Positions 1 through 9,509 of a stretch of 40,570 nt of DNA are shown in pieces; within the stretch, counting starts at the first letter, position 1, and every line of letters starts with the position of its first letter. The stretch is from Deferrisomatales bacterium (GTDB taxonomy: Bacteria; Desulfobacterota; Deferrisomatia; Deferrisomatales; JACRMM01). Location of the stretch: contig JAWSUI010000033.1 in NCBI GenBank assembly GCA_033551855.1, positions 1 through 40,570 on the forward strand, read 5' to 3'. A model generated the notes under the pieces. That model ran no database searches and had not been told where the DNA came from. It was given only the letters and a program-made list of their open reading frames with translations. The position numbers and the translations under genes were made by a program.

Positions 1-1
1 C

Positions 2-54
2 CCTCTATGTTTCTGAAACCCACGCCTCGACGGTCTGAGGCGGAGCCTCGTTAG
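2..54. repeat. Left copy of a 53-bp perfect inverted repeat shared with the right window end; contains hairpin GAGGC-GGA-GCCTC
   Basis: 2..54 (cctctatgtttctgaaacccacgcctcgacggtctgaggcggagcctcgttag) is the exact reverse complement of 40518..40570; identity stops abruptly after GTTAG. Confidence 0.95.
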
Positions 55-123
55 GTGTATATCCCGAACGGGGGAAGGAGTCCAGAGCGTCGCGGCTCAC
101 GGATCCCCCGTCTGACACGTGCT

Positions 124-278
124 CGGAGCCGGGGAGCCTCTCCGCTCGGCCCCGCAATCCGCGACAATTCCGAGGGGTGTCCCGCAGGCCCCGGTGCGCC
201 GGGCTTCACCCGTTTGCGTCGGGCTCCGCGGGTCGGTCGAGGCGGCACGGGGCTGCGCTCCAAGGCTCCCCGGCTCCG
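124..278. other. Intergenic rod-like inverted-repeat element (possible ncRNA or MITE/REPIN-like element)
   Basis: Perfect 16-bp IR cggagccggggagcct (124-139) / aggctccccggctccg (263-278), with nested imperfect pairings (cggccccg/cggggctg; cccgcaggccc/gggctccgcggg). Confidence 0.55.
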
Positions 279-347
279 CCCGAACATCCGGTGAATCTCG
301 GGTCCCTAGTCCTCCCGCATCGGGGGAGAGCGGGGCGCGGGGGAACC

Positions 348-977
348 TCAGAACGGAAGGGTCAGGGTGCCGAGGGGGCCGGCCAGCACGAGGGTGGGCG
401 GAGCGCCGAGGTCCTCACCGGCCAGCACGGGGAAGACCAGGGAGTACTCACGCGTCCAGCGGGTCACGTACGGGTATTCCACCGCACTCTTGTCGGTCTT
501 GACCAGGTGTGTCACCCGCAGGGGGTCCCGGCGCTCGCCCGTCTCGAGCTCCAGGAACACCCGCCACAGGGTCTGGGGGGACTCCAGGTCGTTCCACTGG
601 GCCTTGGGGGTGTACAGGGCCAGGTGGACCTCCCGCACGTTCCGGGACTCCTGCGTCTCCCGGCGACGCAGGGCCTCCGCTGCCTCGCCCTCGAGCCGGT
701 AGGCGGCAACGCTCGTCTCGGCAAGGGCTGCCCGCAGCTCCGGGGACCGCCAGGTGGCCCACGCCTTGGCTACGGTGTCGAGCCGATCGTAGAGCTCCCC
801 CGCGCGGGTGTGGCGCGGCAGCAGGGCCCCGTAGGGGGTCGCCGCGGACGCGAACCCCCGAGTGAGCTGGACCTCCCGGGCGGCGGACCCGCAGCCCTGC
901 AGGGTGGTCAGCGCGGCCACCGCGGTTGCGGCAGCCAGGAGCAGCCCGCCTGCCAGGAGCCGGGGCCGTCGGGTCAC
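348..977 (-). CDS. Hypothetical lipoprotein
   Basis: GTG start overlaps the pyrE stop (GTGA); basic N-terminus, hydrophobic stretch and lipobox-like LQGC; 209 aa. Confidence 0.75.
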   Translation of the reverse strand: MTRRPRLLAGGLLLAAATAVAALTTLQGCGSAAREVQLTRGFASAATPYGALLPRHTRAGELYDRLDTVAKAWATWRSPELRAALAETSVAAYRLEGEAAEALRRRETQESRNVREVHLALYTPKAQWNDLESPQTLWRVFLELETGERRDPLRVTHLVKTDKSAVEYPYVTRWTREYSLVFPVLAGEDLGAPPTLVLAGPLGTLTLPF

Positions 978-1561
978 TGGAGATCCTCCCCGCCCGTGCG
1001 GCCCCGCACTTCCGCCTTGGTGAACAGGGCCTCGAACCGGTACCCCTTTGCCTCCAAGGCCTCCCTCCCCCCTTCCTGGCGGTCCACCAGGGCCAGGACG
1101 CCCAGGACCCGGTACCCCTCCGACTCCACCTTCTCGACGGCCACAAGGCTGGAGCCCCCCGTGGTGACCACGTCCTCGAGCACGACCGCCCTCCCCCCGG
1201 GGATGAGGTTCCCCTTTCCCTCGATCCAGCTCTTGGTGCCGTGGCCCTTGGGCTCCTTGCGCACAATGAAGGCAGGCACCCCCTCGCCCAAGAGGCCCGA
1301 CACCAGGCTCGTGGCCGTGGCCAGGGGATCCGCCCCCAGGGTCGGCCCGCCCACGGCGTCCACCGGGCCGAAGACCCCCAGGCGCTCCCAGAAGAGCCGC
1401 CCGATCAGGTAGGCCCCCCGGGGATGGAGGGCCGTCTGCTTCCCGTCCACGTAGAAAGTGCTCCGCCGGCCGGAGGCGAGGGTCACCGGCCTCTCCTGGT
1501 AGGACTTCTCCCGGAGGAGACCCAGGAGCTCTCCCCTCATCCGCTCGATCGTCCCGTCCAT
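974..1561 (-). CDS. pyrE: Orotate phosphoribosyltransferase
   Basis: LASGRRSTFYVD, RKEPKGHG and PRPP-binding motif VVLEDVVTTGGS. Confidence 0.95.
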   Translation of the reverse strand: MDGTIERMRGELLGLLREKSYQERPVTLASGRRSTFYVDGKQTALHPRGAYLIGRLFWERLGVFGPVDAVGGPTLGADPLATATSLVSGLLGEGVPAFIVRKEPKGHGTKSWIEGKGNLIPGGRAVVLEDVVTTGGSSLVAVEKVESEGYRVLGVLALVDRQEGGREALEAKGYRFEALFTKAEVRGRTGGEDLQ

Positions 1562-1624
1562 TGCGCACTCCTGTGATCCGTGCGGCCGGATGCCGCCCCG
1601 AGAGGAACCGCGGCCCGCGCTCGG

Positions 1625-3019
1625 TCAGAACAGCCCGAGCTGGGTGCCCTCCGGCCGGTCCGGGCGAATCGGGTAGTTGCCGGTGAAGCAGGCGTCGCAG
1701 TACACGTAGGGCCCGTAGCTCGTGGCCCGCTCCAGGCCCTGCCGGCTGAGGTACCCCAGGGTGTCGGCAGTGAGGAAGCGCGCGATCTCGCCCACGGCGT
1801 GGCTGGACCCGATGAGCTCCTTCCGGGTGGGGGTGTCGATCCCGAAGAAGCACGGGTAACAGGTGGGCGGAGACGAAACCCGCATGTGCACTTCCCTCGC
1901 CCCGGCCTCCCGGATCATCTTCACGATCTTCCGGCTCGTCGTGCCGCGAACGATGGAGTCGTCCAACACGACCACCCGCTTCCCCCGAAGGACATACCGG
2001 ACGGCGTTGAGCTTGAGCTTGACCCCGAAGTGACGGATGGACTGCTCGGGCTCGATGAAGGTGCGGCCCACGTAGTGGTTCCGGATGAGCCCCAGGGCGA
2101 AGGGGATACCGGACTCTTCCGCGTACCCCAGGGCCGCGACCATGCCCGAGTCCGGCACCGGCACCACGACGTCCGCTTCCACCGGGTGCTCCCGAGCCAG
2201 CTCCCGGCCAAGCGCCTTGCGCACCTCGTAGACGGGCTGCCCGAAGATCTCCGAGTCGGGTCGGGCGAAGTAGATGTGCTCGAAGATGCACTGACGCGGG
2301 GGGGCCGGCGCGAGCGGGCGGGAGCTCTGGAGGCCCTTTTCCCCGCTGATCATGATGACCTCGCCGGGCTCCACCTCTCGGATATACTCTCCTTCGATCA
2401 GATCCAGCGCGCAGGTCTCGGAGGTCACGACGAAGGAGTCCTTCAGCTTCCCCAGCACCAGGGGACGGAAGCCGAAGGGGTCCCGGACCGCGATCAGACG
2501 CTTCTCCACGAGGACCACCAGGCTGTAGGCGCCCTGCACCTGCCGGAGGGCGTCCACCAACCGGTCGAGGAGTTTCTCCTTCTGGCTCCTGGCATAGAGG
2601 TGAGCGATCACCTCGGTGTCGTTCGTGGTCTGGAAGATGCTTCCCCGCGCCTCCAGGCTGCGGCGCAAGGCCCCGGCGTTGACCAGGTTGCCGTTGTGGG
2701 CGATGGCGATGGGGCCGTGGACCGTGTCCGCATAGAAGGGCTGGGCGTTCTTGACCACGCTCGACCCGGTGGTGGAGTAGCGCACGTGGCCGATGGCGTG
2801 GGTGCCGGGGAGCTTCGCGAGGATGCTCTCATCGAAGATTTCCTGGACCAACCCCATACCCAGGTGCGTACGCATGATGGTTTCGTCGGAGGTGACGATG
2901 CCGGCGCTCTCCTGCCCCCGGTGCTGGAGGGCGTGCAGGCCCAAGTACGCCAGGTTGGAGGCCTCCGCGTTGTTGTAGATCCCGAAGACGCCGCACTCGT
3001 CGTGCCATCTGTCGATCAT
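1625..3019 (-). CDS. purF: Amidophosphoribosyltransferase (propeptide, Fe-S-cysteine type)
   Basis: [14 protein letters not shown]-terminus, [31 protein letters not shown]; start placed at ATG 3019. Confidence 0.96.
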   Translation of the reverse strand: MIDRWHDECGVFGIYNNAEASNLAYLGLHALQHRGQESAGIVTSDETIMRTHLGMGLVQEIFDESILAKLPGTHAIGHVRYSTTGSSVVKNAQPFYADTVHGPIAIAHNGNLVNAGALRRSLEARGSIFQTTNDTEVIAHLYARSQKEKLLDRLVDALRQVQGAYSLVVLVEKRLIAVRDPFGFRPLVLGKLKDSFVVTSETCALDLIEGEYIREVEPGEVIMISGEKGLQSSRPLAPAPPRQCIFEHIYFARPDSEIFGQPVYEVRKALGRELAREHPVEADVVVPVPDSGMVAALGYAEESGIPFALGLIRNHYVGRTFIEPEQSIRHFGVKLKLNAVRYVLRGKRVVVLDDSIVRGTTSRKIVKMIREAGAREVHMRVSSPPTCYPCFFGIDTPTRKELIGSSHAVGEIARFLTADTLGYLSRQGLERATSYGPYVYCDACFTGNYPIRPDRPEGTQLGLF

Positions 3020-3080
3020 GCCGGCTCCCGCTGTCGCCCCGATACCGTACCCGACGGCCCAATGGCGGTCGTCCCCCGGT

Positions 3081-3902
3081 TCACACGACTTCCCTGCGAA
3101 GGAACTCCACCGCGTTCCGGAAGAGGGCCACCCCCTGCCCCTCATCCGGCAGGTCTTCCCGGGTCCACCGGGGATGGTTCGTGCGGTGGAGGAAGGCCTC
3201 GGGGTGGGGCATCAGCCCAAAGATGCGCCCCGTGGGGTCGCACAGGCCCGCGACGGCCCCCACGCTGCCGTTGGGGTTGTCGGGGTAGCGCTGGGTCGGC
3301 TGGCCCTCGGCGTCTGCGTACCGGAGGGTCACCAGGCCCCCCCGCTCGACGCGGCGCAGCACCTCGTGGTCCCCCGGCACGAACTTCCCTTCCCCGTGGC
3401 GCACGGGAATGTACAACCTCTCGATCCCGCAGGTGAAGACGCAGGGGCCGGAGGTCTCCACTCGCAGGTGAACCCACCGGTCCTCGAAACGGCCCGAGTC
3501 GTTGTGGGTGAGGCTCGCCGTCTGCTCCACGTACCGGCCGTCGAGCCCCGGGAGCAGCCCCAGCTTCACCAGGAGCTGGAACCCGTTGCACACCCCGAGG
3601 ACGAGCTTGCCGGCCGCCACGAAACGGAGCAGATCCTCCAGGAACCTCCGGGGCCCGTCTCCGCGGATCCTCCCGTACTTCAGGCGGACGGCGCCGGCCT
3701 TGGCCGAGCCCAGATCGTCCCCGTCGGAGAAACCCCCGGGGAAGTTCAGGAAGTGGTAGTCCTCGAGGAGGACCCGACCGGCAAACACCTCGGCAAGGTG
3801 CACGATGTCCGCCTCGGCGCCCCCCAGGCGGCACGCGTGGGCCATCTCGCGCTCGCAGTTGACCCCGTTCCCCGTGAGAACCAGGGCTTTCACGGCCTTC
3901 AT
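3081..3902 (-). CDS. purQ: Phosphoribosylformylglycinamidine synthase glutaminase subunit
   Basis: [15 protein letters not shown] (catalytic Cys), NPNGS, GLMPHPE; start at ATG 3902 (MKAVKALVL). Confidence 0.95.
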   Translation of the reverse strand: MKAVKALVLTGNGVNCEREMAHACRLGGAEADIVHLAEVFAGRVLLEDYHFLNFPGGFSDGDDLGSAKAGAVRLKYGRIRGDGPRRFLEDLLRFVAAGKLVLGVCNGFQLLVKLGLLPGLDGRYVEQTASLTHNDSGRFEDRWVHLRVETSGPCVFTCGIERLYIPVRHGEGKFVPGDHEVLRRVERGGLVTLRYADAEGQPTQRYPDNPNGSVGAVAGLCDPTGRIFGLMPHPEAFLHRTNHPRWTREDLPDEGQGVALFRNAVEFLRREVV

Positions 3903-3924
3903 CAAACTCTGCCTCGCTGTGTCC

Positions 3925-3966
3925 CGCTCGACGCGGGACGCTGGATGCTGGACGCGGAACGCCTGG
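3925..3966. repeat. Degenerate 7-bp tandem array in the purL-purQ spacer
   Basis: cgctcga cgcggga cgctgga tgctgga cgcggaa cgcctgg. Confidence 0.7.
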
Positions 3967-4036
3967 GGCTCGACCCAGGGGGCGGGATGCCTGCCCCTTT
4001 CGCCACTGTGCTGTGCCCGGCACCCGGCGGCACCCG

Positions 4037-7030
4037 TCAAATCTCCGCCAGGGGCTTCTGCCAGGCTTCCCGGAGGTCTCCCAACGGCGCGCGCACGACC
4101 TCCCGGCCGGCCAAACCCAAGAGCCGCAGCACCGGCTCTTGGGTCACTTCACCGACCCGCGCCACCGGCCTCCCCCGGAAGACCTCCTCGAAGGCTCCGG
4201 CGTCCTCTGCCCGTACGGTGGTCACGAACCGGCCCTGGGACTCGGAGAAGAGGAGCTCGTCGTCGCGTCTCACCCCATCCCGCGGCGCCCGCTCCAACTC
4301 GGCCGTCAGGCCGAGCCCGCCGGCGAACGCGGTCTCGGCGAGGGCGACCCCCAGGCCCCCATCCGAGCAGTCGTGGCAAGAGGCGACGAGGCCCCGCCGG
4401 ATGGCCTCCTCCAGGGCCCGGTAGAGGAGCAGGCTCTCGTCCACCCGGACCTGAGGTACGCCGTTCCCCACGAACCCCCGGGCGGCCCAGTACTCGGACC
4501 CGCCCAACTCGGGCCGGGTCGTTCCGAGCACGTACACCAGGTCACCGGCCCGCTTCACGTCCATCGTGACGCACCGGCGCACGTCCTCCACCCGGCCGAT
4601 CACGCTGAAGAGCAGCGTCGGGGGGATCGAGATCTTGGTTTCCCCCACGTGGTAGTCGTTCTTCATGGAGTCCTTGCCCGAGATCAGCGGCACCCCGTAG
4701 GCCACCGTGACGTCGTAGAGGGCCTCGTTGGCCCGCACGAGCTGCGCCAGCTTGTACTCTCCATCGGGCGTGCGCTCGCTCTGGACCGGGTCGCACCAGC
4801 AGAAGTTGTCGAGCCCGGCCAAGTGCTCCAGGGTCGCTCCCACGCACAGGGCGTTGCGAACGGCTTCGTCAACGGCCGCGGCCGCCATCCAGTAGGTGTC
4901 CACGTCGCTGTACCGCGGGCAGATTCCGTTGGCGGTCACCACCCCGGAGAAGCGGTCCAGGAGGGGGCGCACCACCGCGGCGTCCGAAGGGCCGTCGTTC
5001 CACAGGCCGACGAACGGCTTCACCACGCTGCCGCCCTGCACCTCGTGGTCGTACCGCCGGACGATGGCCTCCTTGGAGCAGACGTTGAGACGCCCCAGGA
5101 GCCCCAGGAGCCCTGCCGTCAGATCCGTCGGACACGGGAAATCGGGTTCCTCGTGAACCGGCTTCTCCCAGCGAGCCCGCAGCTCCATCGTCGGCACGCC
5201 GTCGTGGAGGAACGCCAGGGGCAGGTGGGCTACGACCCGTCCTCCGTACCGCGCCTCGAAGACGCCGGCGGCGCTGAACTCTCCCACATCGGTGGCCTCC
5301 ACCCGCATCTCCCGGGCCAGCGCCAGCAATGCCTCCAGGGACTCCCGGGGCACGGCCAGCGACATGCGCTCCTGGGACTCCGACACGAGGATCTCCCAGG
5401 GGTGCAGACCGGCGTACTTCAGGGGCGCCCGGTCCAGGTCCACCACGGCCCCTCCCGACTGCTCCGCCATCTCCCCGATGCTCGAGGACAGACCCCCCGC
5501 GCCGTTGTCGGTGATGGAGCGGTAGAGGCCCCGGTCGCGGGCCAGCAGGAGGAAGTCGTACAGCCGCTTCTGGGTGATGGGGTCCCCGAGTTGCACCGCC
5601 GTTGCCGGACTCCCCTCGTGGAGCTCCTCCGAGGAGAAGGTGGCCCCGTGGATGCCGTCCTTCCCGATGCGACCCCCGGCCATCACGATGCGATCCCCGG
5701 GCTGCGCCGCCTTCTCGTGCCCCGGCTTCCCCGCCACCTGGCGAGGGATGATGCCGGCGGTGCCGCAGTAGACCAGGGGCTTGCCGAGGAAACGGTCATC
5801 GAAGACGACCGCCCCGTTGACCGTGGGGATGCCGCTCTTGTTGCCGCCGTGCTCGACCCCCCGGACCACCCCCTCGTAGATCCTCCGCGGGTGGAGGAGC
5901 CTCGGGGGGAGCGGACGCTCGTAGAAGGGGTCGGCGAAGCAGAAGGTGTCCACGTTGAAGATGAGCTGGGCCCCCATCCCCGTGCCCATGGGATCGCGAT
6001 TCACTCCCACGATGCCCGTGAGGGCCCCCCCGTAGGGGTCGAGGGCCGAAGGGGAGTTGTGGGTCTCCACCTTGAAGCACAGGGACCAGTCTCCGTCGAA
6101 GGCGATGACCCCGGCGTTGTCCACGAAGACCGAGAGGCAGTAGTCCGCCGCGCCGAGACCCCTGCGCACACGCTCGGTGGCCCCCACGATGTAGGTCTTG
6201 AAGAGGCTCTGCACGGTGCGGGTCTCGCCCGAGCCGTCGTCGTAGTGGATGGTGGCGTTGAAGATCTTGTGCTTGCAGTGCTCGGACCAGGTCTGGGCCA
6301 GGCACTCGAGCTCGACGTCGGTGGGGCACGCGGGCAGCCCCAGCGCCGCCCGTTTCGCCCTCACCCCGTCGTCCCGGTAGTGGCGCCGGATGGCCTCGAG
6401 CTCGTCCAGGCTCAGTGCCAGGAGCCGCTCCCGGGACAAGCGCAGGAGCTCGGCCTCGGACACCTCCAGGTCCACCCCCTCGACCCGGGCCTCGGCCGCG
6501 CCGAGCACCCGGGGAACCCGCACGGGAAACCCTCCTTGGGCCCCGAGCTCCTCCCGGGAGAGGACCTCGGCGTGCTGAATCAGCGGATTGGCCAGGAGCC
6601 CCCCGACGATGGCGTCCATGTCGCGCCGGGTTAGGGCTTCGCCCCAGAGAAGGTACTGCACCGAGGTGTACACCTGGTGCTCGTGGGGGAGCTCCCGGTC
6701 CAGGAAGTCCGCCACGGCTTCCTTTGCGGTGCGGCCGACGTTGTCGGTGACCCCCGGAAGGAAACCCACCTCCACGGCCCAGTGGAAGCTCGGGTACAGC
6801 CGCAGGGCCAGGGGCCCCACCCAGGTCTCCTGGATGACGGGGTCGGAGAGGGGCTCCCGCGCTGCGGCCTCCGCCTCCCGCGCGGACAGGCCGAGGTCCA
6901 AGGTGTACACGTCGAGGGTGCGGACCTCCTCCACGGGGAGGTGCAGGAATTCCCGCACCTCCCGGGCGACGCCCTCCCCACGGGGGTCCCGCAGGTGCCC
7001 CTTCATTCCCACTTCGACCCGCTGCGCCAT
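4037..7030 (-). CDS. purL: Phosphoribosylformylglycinamidine synthase synthetase subunit with N-terminal PurS-like domains
   Basis: QTWSEHCKHKIF, KVETHNSPSA, ITDNGAGGL, SESQERM, ISGKDS; PurS-like N-terminus (DPRGE...LLANPLIQ); start MAQRVEV at 7030. Confidence 0.95.
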   Translation of the reverse strand: MAQRVEVGMKGHLRDPRGEGVAREVREFLHLPVEEVRTLDVYTLDLGLSAREAEAAAREPLSDPVIQETWVGPLALRLYPSFHWAVEVGFLPGVTDNVGRTAKEAVADFLDRELPHEHQVYTSVQYLLWGEALTRRDMDAIVGGLLANPLIQHAEVLSREELGAQGGFPVRVPRVLGAAEARVEGVDLEVSEAELLRLSRERLLALSLDELEAIRRHYRDDGVRAKRAALGLPACPTDVELECLAQTWSEHCKHKIFNATIHYDDGSGETRTVQSLFKTYIVGATERVRRGLGAADYCLSVFVDNAGVIAFDGDWSLCFKVETHNSPSALDPYGGALTGIVGVNRDPMGTGMGAQLIFNVDTFCFADPFYERPLPPRLLHPRRIYEGVVRGVEHGGNKSGIPTVNGAVVFDDRFLGKPLVYCGTAGIIPRQVAGKPGHEKAAQPGDRIVMAGGRIGKDGIHGATFSSEELHEGSPATAVQLGDPITQKRLYDFLLLARDRGLYRSITDNGAGGLSSSIGEMAEQSGGAVVDLDRAPLKYAGLHPWEILVSESQERMSLAVPRESLEALLALAREMRVEATDVGEFSAAGVFEARYGGRVVAHLPLAFLHDGVPTMELRARWEKPVHEEPDFPCPTDLTAGLLGLLGRLNVCSKEAIVRRYDHEVQGGSVVKPFVGLWNDGPSDAAVVRPLLDRFSGVVTANGICPRYSDVDTYWMAAAAVDEAVRNALCVGATLEHLAGLDNFCWCDPVQSERTPDGEYKLAQLVRANEALYDVTVAYGVPLISGKDSMKNDYHVGETKISIPPTLLFSVIGRVEDVRRCVTMDVKRAGDLVYVLGTTRPELGGSEYWAARGFVGNGVPQVRVDESLLLYRALEEAIRRGLVASCHDCSDGGLGVALAETAFAGGLGLTAELERAPRDGVRRDDELLFSESQGRFVTTVRAEDAGAFEEVFRGRPVARVGEVTQEPVLRLLGLAGREVVRAPLGDLREAWQKPLAEI

Positions 7031-7089
7031 GGAACCCTCTCGGGGCGCGACCCGTGCCGCCCCGCGACGCGTGACGGTGCCGCCCGTGC

Positions 7090-7117
7090 CCGTCACCCGT
7101 TACTCTCCACCGTTCAC
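7090..7117. repeat. Short 7-bp array at the purB stop
   Basis: ccgtcac ccgttac tctccac cgttcac, with complementary cgcgacg cgtgacg units at ~7063-7076. Confidence 0.5.
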
Positions 7118-8412
7118 ACCTCCCCGAACACCCTCCGGAAGATCGTGTCCACGTGCTTCAGGTGGTAGGCGAGGTCGAAGGCCTCGTCGATCTCGGCCGG
7201 CGTGAGCCGCTCGGCCACCTCCGGATCGGCCCGGAGCAGGGCCTTGTAGTCCGCCCCCTCTTCCCACACCTTCATCGCGTTGCGCTGCACGAGCCGATAC
7301 GCATCCTCGCGGCTCGCCCCCTTCTCCACGAGCTTCAGCAGCAGCCGCTGGCTGTGGATCAGCCCCCCGGTGAGGTCGAGGTTGCGCTGCATGTTCTCCG
7401 GGTAGACGAGGAGGTTCCGGACAACCCCCGTGAATCGGTGGAGCATGTAGTGGAGGAGGATCGTCGCGTCGGGGGCGATCACCCGCTCCACGCTCGAGTG
7501 GGAGATGTCGCGCTCGTGCCACAGGACCACGTCCTCCAGCGCCGCCTGGGCATAGGAGCGCAGGAGCCGCGCGCACCCCGAGAGGTTCTCGGTGGCGATG
7601 GGGTTTCGCTTGTGGGGCATGGCCGAAGACCCCTTCTGCCCCTTCGCGAAGCGCTCCTCGGCCTCGAGGACCTCGGTGCGCTGCAGGTGGCGGATCTCCA
7701 CGCTGAACTTCTCGATGCTGGTGCCGACCAGGGCGAGCTGGGAGAAGAACTCCCCGTGGTGGTCTCGGGACACGATCTGGGTGGAGACCTTGGCCGGGGT
7801 GAGGCCGGCGCGGGCGCACACGTGTTCCTCCACGAAGGGGTCCACGTTGGCGAAGGTGCCCACCGCCCCGGAGACCTTCCCGACTGCAATCGTCCGGCGG
7901 GCCCGCTCGAGGCGGTCCAGGTTCCGGCGCATCTCGTCGTACCACTGGGCGAGCTTCAGGCCGAAGGTGATGGGCTCGGCGTGGATGCCGTGGGAGCGCC
8001 CCATCTGGGGGGTCATCCGGAATTCCCGGGCCCGGCCCTCGAGCACCTCCAGGAGCTCCCCCACCTGGGCGATGAGCAGATCGCTGGCCTCCGTGAGGAG
8101 CATGGCCAGGGACGTGTCGAGAACGTCCGAGGAGGTCAGGCCCATGTGGATGTAGCGGGAGTCGGGTCCCACGTGCTCGGCCACGTTCGTGAGGAACGCG
8201 ATCACGTCGTGGCGGACCTCGCCCTCGATCTCCTCCACCCGCTTCACGTCGAAGGCGGCACGGGCACGGATCGTCTCCAGGGAGGCGTCGGGGATCTGCC
8301 CCAGGCGGTTCCACGCCTCGCAGGCGTAGAGCTCCACCGCGAGCCACTTGCGGTACCGGTTCTCGTCGGTCCAGACGGCGGCCATCTCCGGCCGGGAGTA
8401 GCGGGCGATCAT
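7114..8412 (-). CDS. purB: Adenylosuccinate lyase
   Basis: MIARYSRPEM, HMGLTSSDV, GRSHGIHAEP, fumarate-lyase signature GSSAMPHKRNP, WHERDISHSS. Confidence 0.97.
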   Translation of the reverse strand: MIARYSRPEMAAVWTDENRYRKWLAVELYACEAWNRLGQIPDASLETIRARAAFDVKRVEEIEGEVRHDVIAFLTNVAEHVGPDSRYIHMGLTSSDVLDTSLAMLLTEASDLLIAQVGELLEVLEGRAREFRMTPQMGRSHGIHAEPITFGLKLAQWYDEMRRNLDRLERARRTIAVGKVSGAVGTFANVDPFVEEHVCARAGLTPAKVSTQIVSRDHHGEFFSQLALVGTSIEKFSVEIRHLQRTEVLEAEERFAKGQKGSSAMPHKRNPIATENLSGCARLLRSYAQAALEDVVLWHERDISHSSVERVIAPDATILLHYMLHRFTGVVRNLLVYPENMQRNLDLTGGLIHSQRLLLKLVEKGASREDAYRLVQRNAMKVWEEGADYKALLRADPEVAERLTPAEIDEAFDLAYHLKHVDTIFRRVFGEV

Positions 8413-8424
8413 GGGGTCCGTCCC

Positions 8425-8480
8425 TGTTCCGGGTTCAAGGTTCCGGGTTCGATGTTCGGGGTGCGGTGGTCGGTGGTGTG
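8425..8480. repeat. Degenerate 7-bp tandem array upstream of purB
   Basis: tgttccg ggttcaa ggttccg ggttcga tgttcgg ggtgcgg tggtcgg tggtgtg. Confidence 0.75.
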
Positions 8481-8559
8481 CCGTCGCCCGTCCGTTCGGG
8501 GAGGTCGTGGCCGCACGGGGGGCGGTCGGGCCGGGGCCGAGGCGACGGCCCGGGGTCGC

Positions 8560-9348
8560 TCACGCCGCCACCACCCGCCCCGGCCGATCCTGACGGGCCA
8601 CGAGCAGGGTGACGTCCTCTCCTGTCCCGGCCCGATCCAGGGCGCCCCGGGCGGCCGCGAAGGCGAGCCGAGGTTCGTTGTTCGTCTCCGAGAGGTGCCC
8701 CAGGACCACCGTGCGGAGCCCCGGGTGCACCAAACCCCCCAGCAACTCCGCGCAGCAGCCGTTCGAGAGGTGGCCGTGACGGGACCGGATGCGCTGTTTC
8801 AGGAACCAGGGGTACGGTCCGTTCCACAGCAGGTCCTCGTCGTGGTTCGCCTCCAGGTACAGCAGGTCGGCCCCCGCCAGCGCGTGCCGCACCAGATGGG
8901 AGGCGGAGCCCAGGTCCGTGGCGAAGCCGAGCACGGCGGCCCCGTCGCCGATGCGAAACCCCACCGACTCCGGGGCATCGTGGCTCGTCGAGACGGGGCG
9001 CAGTTCCAGCTCCTCCACCCGAAAGGGCACCCCCGGCTCGAACACCCTCACCTCCACTCCCTGGAGGCCCCGGGGACCCAGCACGGCGGGCGCCAAGCGC
9101 CGACACGCCTCGGTCATGTACACGGGCACCCGGTACCGGCGCGCCCACACCCCCACCCCCGAGAAGTGATCCCGGTGGCCGTGGGTGACCACTACGGCCC
9201 CCACCTGCCGGGGCGCCAGCCCCGCCCCGGCCAGGCGCTCCTCCAGGCGCCGGCCCGGCAGGCCCGCGTCCACGAGCACCCCCCGGCCCCGGCTCCCCAC
9301 GTACACGGAGTTGCCCTTGCTGCCGCTGGCGAGCACACAGAGATCCAG
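8560..9348 (-). CDS. MBL-fold metallo-hydrolase (YycJ/WalJ-like)
   Basis: LASGSKGN, THGHRDH metal motif, TSHDA, EANHD, GHLSN, LGHLSETNN; probable CTG start at 9348 behind GAGGAG (alternative GTG at 9336). Confidence 0.9.
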   Translation of the reverse strand: MDLCVLASGSKGNSVYVGSRGRGVLVDAGLPGRRLEERLAGAGLAPRQVGAVVVTHGHRDHFSGVGVWARRYRVPVYMTEACRRLAPAVLGPRGLQGVEVRVFEPGVPFRVEELELRPVSTSHDAPESVGFRIGDGAAVLGFATDLGSASHLVRHALAGADLLYLEANHDEDLLWNGPYPWFLKQRIRSRHGHLSNGCCAELLGGLVHPGLRTVVLGHLSETNNEPRLAFAAARGALDRAGTGEDVTLLVARQDRPGRVVAA

Positions 9349-9383
9349 GGGAGGCTCCTCGTCCGGGGAGGCGCGGAAGCGCG

Positions 9384-9412
9384 ATGATAGCGGACGGACC
9401 CGGGGGTTTCAA
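9384..9412 (-). promoter_or_regulatory. Sigma70-type promoter for the MBL hydrolase-pur operon
   Basis: TTGAAA (9412-9407), 17 bp spacer, TATCAT (9389-9384) on the minus strand. Confidence 0.65.
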
Positions 9413-9509
9413 GCGCCCCCTCGGCTCCGCGCTGCACCACCCGGGTGCGCCGTTCTGCGCCGGAACCCGCCCTTCCGGGCTACCGGAAGCGCAGTTCCGC
9501 GTTGGGTCG

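Noticed and set aside
50..56. GTTAGGT at the end of the terminal repeat matches the integron attC core GTTRRRY
   Set aside because: The other copy reads GTTAGAG, no RYYYAAC partner, cassette array or integrase is visible, and the copies are inverted.
124..278. 6S RNA, SRP RNA, retron msr-msd or riboswitch assignment for the rod structure
   Set aside because: No recognisable conserved motifs, no adjacent reverse transcriptase and not in the usual zapA/ygfA context; left unassigned.
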